The notes beneath the pieces are model-generated. The model ran no database searches. It was not told the DNA's origin and worked only from the letters and a program-made list of their open reading frames with translations. Shown piece by piece: positions 25,290 to 32,000 of a stretch of 32,000 nt of DNA (its first letter is position 1; each line of letters begins with the position of its first letter). The stretch covers positions 300,001 through 332,000 of the forward strand of contig CP178758.1 in NCBI GenBank assembly GCA_047651235.1, in the 5' to 3' direction. This DNA is from Candidatus Electrothrix yaqonensis (lineage in GTDB: Bacteria; Desulfobacterota; Desulfobulbia; Desulfobulbales; Desulfobulbaceae). Made by a program: the position numbers and the translations under genes.

Positions 25290-27644
25290 TCAGTCTTGGA
25301 TGTTCTTTGATTTTTTCCGCTGGCAGCAGAACAGAAACTCTGCGTCAGTTGCGGAGCGGTCGAATTGGATCAGCAGGACAGGGAGAAAGAAGAGATCGAA
25401 CAGCAGAGCAAAGCTGATGGTGATCACGGTCATGCCTCCCAGATGGGCGTTGATCTGAAAACCGGAAGCGCTCAATACCAGGAAACCGCCGATCAGAGTC
25501 ACTGTGGAGATCCACATAGGAAAACCGACTGTTCTGAAGGCAGAGCGGACAGCGTCCTCCGAAGACATTTTTTTTCTGAGCCGTCCGTGCTGGTATTTGG
25601 CCAGAAAATGGACAGTGTCATCTACCACAATGCCCAGCGTCACGGCAAGCATCACCGAGACCGCAAGCCCGACCCGGCCGACAAAATATCCCCACACACC
25701 GAATCCTATAAAGGCGGGAGCAAGATTGGGCAGCAGACTGAGTATTCCCAAGCTGCAGTTGCGCAGAACTGCCGTCATAATAAGCGAAATCAGGATCAGG
25801 GCAAGCAGGGAGGCAAAGAGCATGGCTTTGACATTCCGCTCCGAGAGGTGAGCAAACATCATAGTCATACCGGAACCGTGGGTATACATGGAGGGAGGGG
25901 CGTGCTCCTTCAGCCAGTTCCTGGCAGCGAGTTCTAGTTTCCGCAGATCCCTGCTGCCGGCTTCGGTAAGGGAGACGGTCATCCTGGTCGCGGATTTGTT
26001 CACATTGATCCGGTCATTCAGATCCAGTCCGAAGGGGAGATTCATTTCGTAAAGCAGCAGATACTGGGCTGCCAGCCTGCGGTCTGCCGGGAGCCTGTAA
26101 TACGCCGGGTCGTTGTTGTGCATGTCACGGTTGATCCGCTGCATAATATCGGTAAATGTATAGACGTGACAGACATGCTTCTGACGGCGGAACCACTCGG
26201 CAAACGCTTCAAGAGTACGTTGGTAGTCCGGGTCGTTTATTCCGCCTTCCCGGCCGGAATCAAGGTCCCAGTCAATCATGTACATACCGGTCAGGTTGTT
26301 GTTCGTAAAATCCGTGGCCCGGCGAAAGTCGAAGCGGGGGCTGAAATATTTGATAAAATCCTCGTCCAGCTGAAGCCGTGGTATCCCGGCAGCTGCAAGG
26401 AGAATCACCAGCAGAGTACCGGGCAAGATCGCCGTACGTCTGGCTATGACAAATTCAGCAAGTTGTTCAAAAAGAAGCACTGAACGGGCGTCTGAATGCT
26501 TCGGGGCTTTGACAGGCAGAACAGCTGCTAGGGCCGGCAGGAAGAAAATCGAGTAGAACAGTGCGGCAATAACTCCCATGGCCACGATATTGCCGAGATC
26601 ATGAAAGGGCGGAGCATCGGAGAAATTCATGCTGAGGAAGCCGACAGCCGTGGTCAGGCTGGTCACCAGAACAGGCTGCAGGTTGATCCGTATGGCCTGT
26701 TGAATCGCCTGCTGACGGTCATCTCCGAGCCGCATCCGATGAAACATGGTTCCCAGGATGTGAACCGAGTCCGCAACCGCAAGGGTAAGGATAATTGTCG
26801 GTGCATTTGCCGAAGCAGGGTTTATGGAAATGCCCAACCAGCCGGCCAGCCCCATGCCGGTCAGAGCGGAAAGAAAAATAACAAAAAAGGTTGCAGACAT
26901 GCCGAGAACAGAACGCAGGCAGAGGGCCAGAATCAGAAGCAGAACGCAGCACATGACAGGCACCAGCAGCTCTATGTCCTCCTCGGCCGCCTTTCTGAAT
27001 GTGTGGTCGAACATCACAATGCCGGTGGCATAGATACCCAGCTGCGGATATTTTTGTATCATTTTATCCCGCAGAACATACGCGGCAGCAGCGATTTCTT
27101 CCGATTCTCCACCTGTTTTTTCTGGTTTCACAACATTGACATTAACACCGGTCACATGCCCTGAGCGGGAAATCAGCCGTCCTTTCAGCAGCGGTTCGTT
27201 CAGGACAACGGTCCGTACCTTGTCCAGCTGTGCTGCACTCAGCCGCTCAGCCTCTTCATCAACCAGATTTTCGACAGTCAGCTCGTCTCCTTCCACCCTG
27301 GTATATTGAAAATTGGTGATGGAATCCACTCTGCTGGAATAGGGGAGCTGCCATGCCTGCCCGGTTAAATCCTGCACAGCACTGAGGACATCCCGTGTAA
27401 AGACATTTCCGGATTTCGGGGCAACTGTAAAGAAAACATTTTCCGATTTGGTGTAGGTCTGTTCCAGATGAGTGAACGCCAGGAGCTGCGGATTGTCCTC
27501 TGAAAAAAATATCCTGCTGTTGCTGGAAAAGGTGAGCGAACGGATACCGATCCCGCTTGCGCCTGCAACCAGCAGAGCGAACAGAATCACCAGCCATCTG
27601 TATCTGACCGTAAACCGTCCGATCCAGCCCCCGACTTTTTCCAT
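25290..27644 (-). CDS. RND-superfamily exporter, MMPL/HpnN-like (COG1033-type)
   Basis: 784-aa ORF. It has two repeated halves, each with a large loop followed by a bundle of TM helices. The N-terminus (RFTVRYRWLVILFALLVAGASGIGIRSL) and the ..FFSEDNPQL.. block are typical of this exporter class. Confidence 0.85.
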   Translation of the reverse strand: MEKVGGWIGRFTVRYRWLVILFALLVAGASGIGIRSLTFSSNSRIFFSEDNPQLLAFTHLEQTYTKSENVFFTVAPKSGNVFTRDVLSAVQDLTGQAWQLPYSSRVDSITNFQYTRVEGDELTVENLVDEEAERLSAAQLDKVRTVVLNEPLLKGRLISRSGHVTGVNVNVVKPEKTGGESEEIAAAAYVLRDKMIQKYPQLGIYATGIVMFDHTFRKAAEEDIELLVPVMCCVLLLILALCLRSVLGMSATFFVIFLSALTGMGLAGWLGISINPASANAPTIILTLAVADSVHILGTMFHRMRLGDDRQQAIQQAIRINLQPVLVTSLTTAVGFLSMNFSDAPPFHDLGNIVAMGVIAALFYSIFFLPALAAVLPVKAPKHSDARSVLLFEQLAEFVIARRTAILPGTLLVILLAAAGIPRLQLDEDFIKYFSPRFDFRRATDFTNNNLTGMYMIDWDLDSGREGGINDPDYQRTLEAFAEWFRRQKHVCHVYTFTDIMQRINRDMHNNDPAYYRLPADRRLAAQYLLLYEMNLPFGLDLNDRINVNKSATRMTVSLTEAGSRDLRKLELAARNWLKEHAPPSMYTHGSGMTMMFAHLSERNVKAMLFASLLALILISLIMTAVLRNCSLGILSLLPNLAPAFIGFGVWGYFVGRVGLAVSVMLAVTLGIVVDDTVHFLAKYQHGRLRKKMSSEDAVRSAFRTVGFPMWISTVTLIGGFLVLSASGFQINAHLGGMTVITISFALLFDLFFLPVLLIQFDRSATDAEFLFCCQRKKSKNIQD

Positions 27645-27909
27645 TCTGTTCTCTTCCTGTTCGTGTTATCGTGTTATTTATGGGGTTATCGTACTGCCTG
27701 TATTCAGCAGTCGGTATCCGGACCGACTTGACCGGACCCGCTGACAACAGAATGACTATAACTTCCATAACGCTGCATTACAATGATTTCATTTCAATGG
27801 AATCGGGAATCAGATGAGGCTGCGCCGGTATTAAAAGATAAATGATAATAATGTAACGAGAATTAGGGGTTAAAATTTATGACGAAAAATCAAGAGGATA
27901 AAGCTGCCA

Positions 27910-27923
27910 GATTCTGCAGAATC
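27910..27923. promoter_or_regulatory. perfect 14-bp palindrome in the divergent intergenic region (candidate operator)
   Basis: GATTCTGCAGAATC is its own reverse complement. A third half-site-like copy, GATTTTCTG, follows at 27930-27938. Confidence 0.3.
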
Positions 27924-28066
27924 GGAACGGATTTTCTGTAACTATCTGTTTTTGCTGAGACCGGATAATCCAACTCCTAATTCGCATAAGTAATAAATTT
28001 TCTGGAAGGTTACATAGGTATTTATGATATTCACTTTTTTAGATGCATTATTTACAATAAAACGTG

Positions 28067-28095
28067 TGGAACCAAACCATGTTTAAGTGTATAAT
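28067..28095 (+). promoter_or_regulatory. candidate sigma-70 promoter with extended -10 for the NACHT gene
   Basis: TGGAAC (28067-28072) is followed by a 17-nt spacer ending in TG and then TATAAT (28090-28095). This lies about 90 nt upstream of the GTG start at 28185. Confidence 0.4.
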
Positions 28096-28184
28096 CCGAT
28101 ACATAACCTGCTCCGGACAGCGGCTGGCATCGTGTCTTTTCGGAGTCTTAATCTGTAACCGGGGAAAAACACAAGGAGAACATT

Positions 28185-30275
28185 GTGGGACTTGGGCTGA
28201 AGCGTCTATCCTTTGTCAGCGTCGGATCGGTCAGGCAGCTGCGGAAGCAGCTGAAAAACCTTTCCGGCGATCAGGCCCAGGCACTGAATCTGTTACGGGA
28301 TGATTTCGCTGATCCATCTGATCTGGCGAGATACTATGTGGAACCCCATCTTCAGGAGAGCTGTCCTGTCCCGCAGCATGGAGGACATTATTTTCCTGCT
28401 CCCCGGCAGGCGGCTTTTTCTTTGCTTAATACCTTTCTTGCCGCCAGTATGTCTTTGAGCAAAGACGGCAGCCGCGAGCTGATTCTGCTCGGAGAATCGG
28501 GATCAGGAAAAACTTCGCTTCTGCTCATGATCGAGCTGATGTATCTTGCCGGGTTCTGGCCTAAGGGGTATCATTGTCTGCTGTTCAGGCTTGACGAGCA
28601 TACTCTGGAACACATGGAGGCAATTGAAAATAAAGCGGAGACCGTTCTGCTGCTCGACGGACTGAATGAGGACCGGCTGGCCAGGAACCGCCCTCTTGAG
28701 CGGCTGCTGACAATACTACATGCCGGAGAGGATTTCAGGCGGGTAATTCTTACCTGCCGCAGTCATTTTTTTCCGCCGCTGGAAGCGGACAGCTCAGGGC
28801 GCCTCAGGATAGGGGGACTGTCCGGCTATAATTACCCCATCCTCTATCTGGCACCGTTTAATGCCAGCCAGATTCAGGAGGTAACGCATAACCGTCTCTC
28901 CCGGAATACGAATTACTTTCAGAGTTTTGGGGTGTGGCGACAGAGGACACGGGCCGCTCAGCTACTTGCCGGAGCAGAGAAACTGAGGATGCGACCGGTT
29001 CTCCTGCAGCATGTCGAGATTCTACTGGATTTTGATGTGCAGAAAGGACGCGACGTTTATGCTGTGTATGAATATCTGATCCGACATTGGCTTAACCGGC
29101 AGATCCGCAGGTTGGAGGAGGTCGAATGCGAATCCGTCCCGGTACAGGATGAATTGTTCAGCGCCTTTGTCCGGCTTGCCTGCTGGATGGAGGAGCAGGA
29201 CAGAACAGAGGTAGCGGAAAAAAAACTTCGGGAGCTATTCTGCAAGGATGCCGACAGCTGCTGGCTGGAAGAATTTCAGCCCGACAACAGCAGTCTGCTG
29301 CACAGAACTTCGAAACAGGCCTTCCGGTTCACCCATTCTACTTACAGGGAATTCCTGCTTGCCTATGCCCTGATTCATGACAGAACATCGTCCGGGACAC
29401 AGCCGTCTGTCCCGGTGCGTGCCACGGAACAGATCGTGCGTTTTCTTGATCTTGCTGGCGGGGCGGCAAACTATGTTGACCGGCTGGATCTTGCTGTGTT
29501 CAACCCGTTCCGTTATGTGGATTCATACAGAACCTTGTTTTTTTGGCAGGATCGGCTGACCCGGATGGGGAAGCGCTATCTGAAAGGGCCGGAAATGGTT
29601 ATGCTGCCCGGCGGACGTTTCAGGATGGGTGACAGCCAGGGGAGCGGCTCGGACGATGTCCGCCCGGTGCATGAGGTGGAGCTGGACACGTTTGCCATTG
29701 GTCGGTATCCAGTTACTTTTGAGGAATATGATTTTTACTGCATGGCTACAGGCCGGGCAAAACCGCCAGACAACGGCTGGGGCAGGAAGCGGCGGCCGGT
29801 GTTCAATGTCAGCTGGCAGGACGCCAATGATTACTGCGACTGGCTGCGGAGAATGACCGGACGGCCGTACCGGCTGCCCACTGAGGCGGAATGGGAATAT
29901 GCCTGTCGGGCGGGCAGGGATTCGGCGTATTGTTTCGGAGACGATGCGGAACAGCTCCCGGAGTATGCCTGGTATGCTGAAAACGCCGACAATCAGACCC
30001 ATCCGGTGGGGATGAAAAGGGCTAACGTCTGGGGGCTGCATGATATGTACGGCAATGTCTGGGAGTGGTGTTCGGACAGGTATGATAAGGACTATTATAC
30101 CGAGCTTCCGGTAAGGAACCCGTCAGGCACTGACCAGGGAGCAGGCCGAGTTCTACGGGGAGGTTCCTGGGACAGCAGTGAGCGGTTCATCCGCTCGTGC
30201 TTTCGCTTCTGCCTTTCACCCGGACTGCGTATTATCCGGGTGGGATTCCGGGTGGCACAGGGAGAGGATGAGTAG
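28185..30275 (+). CDS. NACHT-type STAND NTPase with C-terminal FGE-sulfatase (SUMF1-like) domain
   Basis: 696-aa ORF with a GTG start and AAGGAG 8 nt upstream.
- Walker A: LLGESGSGKTSLL (about 28491-28517).
- Walker B, NACHT-style: VLLLDGLNED (28644-28673).
- Further NACHT blocks: VILTCRSHFF, YLAPFNASQIQEV, and the winged-helix-like FTHSTYREFLLAYAL.
- C-terminal domain, aa ~468-693 (29586-30263): PGGRFRMG, NVSWQDANDYCDWL, YRLPTEAEWEYACRAG, HDMYGNVWEWCSD, RVLRGGSW, VGFRVA. Confidence 0.9.
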   Translation: MGLGLKRLSFVSVGSVRQLRKQLKNLSGDQAQALNLLRDDFADPSDLARYYVEPHLQESCPVPQHGGHYFPAPRQAAFSLLNTFLAASMSLSKDGSRELILLGESGSGKTSLLLMIELMYLAGFWPKGYHCLLFRLDEHTLEHMEAIENKAETVLLLDGLNEDRLARNRPLERLLTILHAGEDFRRVILTCRSHFFPPLEADSSGRLRIGGLSGYNYPILYLAPFNASQIQEVTHNRLSRNTNYFQSFGVWRQRTRAAQLLAGAEKLRMRPVLLQHVEILLDFDVQKGRDVYAVYEYLIRHWLNRQIRRLEEVECESVPVQDELFSAFVRLACWMEEQDRTEVAEKKLRELFCKDADSCWLEEFQPDNSSLLHRTSKQAFRFTHSTYREFLLAYALIHDRTSSGTQPSVPVRATEQIVRFLDLAGGAANYVDRLDLAVFNPFRYVDSYRTLFFWQDRLTRMGKRYLKGPEMVMLPGGRFRMGDSQGSGSDDVRPVHEVELDTFAIGRYPVTFEEYDFYCMATGRAKPPDNGWGRKRRPVFNVSWQDANDYCDWLRRMTGRPYRLPTEAEWEYACRAGRDSAYCFGDDAEQLPEYAWYAENADNQTHPVGMKRANVWGLHDMYGNVWEWCSDRYDKDYYTELPVRNPSGTDQGAGRVLRGGSWDSSERFIRSCFRFCLSPGLRIIRVGFRVAQGEDE

Positions 30276-30370
30276 GAAAATTCAGGATATTCGGAATGTT
30301 CATCAATCAGTTTACTGCACTACCCGGTAGAGACTGAGCAGACAGAATTATACATCAGCGAGCAACCCGG

Positions 30371-31063
30371 ATGCCGGTTTTTCGACTTCCCAACGAGATA
30401 GTTTTTCCCGATCCCCTCTTTGCTGAGCCTGACGGCCTGCTGGCAGTTGGCGGTGATCTTTCGGCACCCCGTCTCCTTGCGGCTTATCAGCAGGGAATTT
30501 TCCCGTGGTATTCCGAAGGGGAGCCTATTCTCTGGTGGTCTCCTGCGCCGCGCCTGGTCCTTCTGCCTGAAAAATTTCATCTTCCGCGGCGGCTTGCCCG
30601 GACAATCCGAAAAAAAATCTTTGACGTCCGTGCTGATACGGCCTTTGCCGAAGTGATCGCCTCCTGTGCCGCTCTCCGCCGGGAATCAGGCAAAGGTACT
30701 TGGATTACAGACGATATGCAGAAGGCATATATCCGACTGCATGAACTGGGTTTTGCCCACTCTGTGGAATGCTGGTCTGAAGACCGGCTTGTCGGCGGTC
30801 TGTACGGAGTCTGCCTGGACCGGATGTTTTTCGGGGAATCCATGTTCAGCCGCAGGAGTGATGCTTCCAAGGTTGCTCTGGCCGCACTGGTTCAATATGC
30901 TAGGCAGGCAGGAATTCGCGCCATTGACTGCCAGATGACGACGGCCCACCTGCTCCGTTTCGGTAGTCGGGAAATGAGCAGGCATGAATTTGATGAGCTG
31001 CTGGAACAGTTTATTCAGGTGATTGAACCGCAGGCGCGGTGGCGGCTTTCTGAAAATACCTGA
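30371..31063 (+). CDS. aat: leucyl/phenylalanyl-tRNA--protein transferase
   Basis: 230-aa ORF with the family blocks FPDPLFAEPDGLLAVGGDLSAPRLLAAYQQGIFPWY.., WWSPAPR and GESMFS. Confidence 0.9.
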   Translation: MPVFRLPNEIVFPDPLFAEPDGLLAVGGDLSAPRLLAAYQQGIFPWYSEGEPILWWSPAPRLVLLPEKFHLPRRLARTIRKKIFDVRADTAFAEVIASCAALRRESGKGTWITDDMQKAYIRLHELGFAHSVECWSEDRLVGGLYGVCLDRMFFGESMFSRRSDASKVALAALVQYARQAGIRAIDCQMTTAHLLRFGSREMSRHEFDELLEQFIQVIEPQARWRLSENT

Positions 31064-31214
31064 AAGATCAGAACAGAGTAGTGCAGGCTGCAGGATCTGC
31101 GAAGATGGCAGGATATTGGACTTTTGATAAATTTTTAGTTTACTTTCTGCTTTCTAAGTGATTAAGATAAAGGAAATCTGTGCAGTTCCTCATGATACTG
31201 CGGTGTTTTCCGTT

Positions 31215-31262
31215 GTTGATCAGGGCGTATCAGCAACGCCCGACGGAATACGCCTGATCAAC
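31215..31262. other. 15-16 bp inverted repeat / hairpin in the aat-downstream spacer
   Basis: GTTGATCAGGGCGTAT (31215-31230) pairs with ATACGCCTGATCAAC (31248-31262) with one bulged G, around a 17-nt loop. No adjacent U-tract. Confidence 0.3.
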
Positions 31263-31464
31263 GTGGAGGAGGAGGAATCTGATTGTGTTTTTTCAGCTTT
31301 CAGGAAACACGAAACATGTCACAGGAGAGGTGTCTCTGCTGCGTCAGCAATATATTTTCCGACATGTTCTTCGCGGTAATAGCTGGTAATGGACGGAGGG
31401 ACGGTAGGTGCAGGATACCAGGAGTACACCGCACCGCCCATGATCGGAGTAAATGATTCGCTCC

Positions 31465-31794
31465 CTATACATGGGCGCGTGAGGTATCCCAGGACTCGGC
31501 AGTCTCTGCTGCAACAGCATACAGCATTTTCGCCAGAACAACGGGGAATGCACAGATTGCGGCAAATGGTGCCAGCGCATAAAAAAGCGGAGAACTTTTT
31601 TTCTCTTGTACTACTGCATACGGCTGTGCATTGTTTTCATCAAGGTATTCGAGTTTGATCCAGAGCGAATTTGCTTTAAAATACTCACGGTCACCGACTT
31701 TTTCAAAGGTGCCTCGGAGAACCTGCCCCTCGCGGAACATCTTTTTCTCAAATGAAAATTCTTTTTTTACCGGGATGCTGTACATAGTCTTCAT
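31465..31794 (-). CDS. small hypothetical protein with C-terminal hydrophobic helix
   Basis: The start is taken at MKTMYSIPVKK (ATG 31794) because AGGAGG lies 6 nt upstream. The longer track ORF (to 31959) would run through the promoter element. The C-terminal segment LFYALAPFAAICAFPVVLAKMLYAV is TM-like. Confidence 0.55.
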   Translation of the reverse strand: MKTMYSIPVKKEFSFEKKMFREGQVLRGTFEKVGDREYFKANSLWIKLEYLDENNAQPYAVVQEKKSSPLFYALAPFAAICAFPVVLAKMLYAVAAETAESWDTSRAHV

Positions 31795-31833
31795 GATTTT
31801 CCTCCTGTTATGATCAAAGGTATTACCTTTTAT

Positions 31834-31850
31834 ATGCAACAGCCGTGCCA
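31834..31850 (-). promoter_or_regulatory. sigma-54 (-24/-12) promoter
   Basis: The minus strand reads TGGCACGGCTGTTGCAT, which matches the consensus TGGCACG-N4-TTGCW at every specified position with correct GG/GC spacing. The -12 element lies about 40 nt upstream of the ATG at 31794. Confidence 0.6.
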
Positions 31851-32000
31851 TACCTGTCGAATTCCGTTTGTTATCTATGCGAATATCGTATGTCTTATTT
31901 TTGCCTTGTTTTCTGATGGGTTGAGTTGGCAATTCTTCCCGAAAAATATTTATTATCAATATGTTGACCTGTAAAAAGGTTCAGGAAAGTGAACTTTTCG

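Noticed and set aside
29586-30263. Interpreting the C-terminal domain of the NACHT protein as an active formylglycine-generating enzyme
   Set aside because: The C-x4-C catalytic cysteine pair region of true FGEs (..LCHxSYCxRYR..) is replaced by ..RSCFRFCLSPG... No sulfatase substrate gene is adjacent. The only sulfatase-fold gene in the window is 24 kb away and is of the EptA type.

Overview
This is a 32-kb bacterial chromosomal window. All calls come from manual reading of the sequence and the ORF track, with no database searches. OMP, LolA-like and RND genes indicate a diderm host. The taxon cannot be assigned from the sequence alone.

The window has two compositional parts.

(1) Positions 1 to about 7100 form an AT-rich, mosaic accessory block. 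It encodes three SAM-dependent methyltransferases of different families plus a fragment of a fourth, two small lipoproteins and a nitroreductase. It also holds an EptA-like phosphoethanolamine-transferase/sulfatase gene split by a 1,048-bp IS5-family element.

(2) From about 7100 onward lies a ~55% GC core. Its recognisable housekeeping genes are uvrC, a ybeD-like DUF493 gene, ispH, rsmG and aat. Interspersed are a 21-repeat MORN protein, an omptin-like outer-membrane barrel, and the two most interesting loci.

(a) The first locus is a tightly packed minus-strand operon: RND/MMPL-like exporter, LolA-like periplasmic protein, beta-barrel OMP, then a 2,513-aa single-polypeptide iterative type I PKS. 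The PKS domain order is KS-AT-ACP-KR-DH-PPTase, which is enediyne PKSE-like. It is extended by a fused tandem hot-dog thioesterase pair. None of the usual enediyne accessory genes are in view.

(b) The second locus is a stand-alone NACHT-type STAND NTPase. It has almost no N-terminal effector region and carries a C-terminal FGE-sulfatase (SUMF1-like) domain. It sits behind a 540-bp AT-rich divergent control region.

No rRNA, tRNA or CRISPR array was found. Many long antisense ORFs in the track are GC-driven artefacts.
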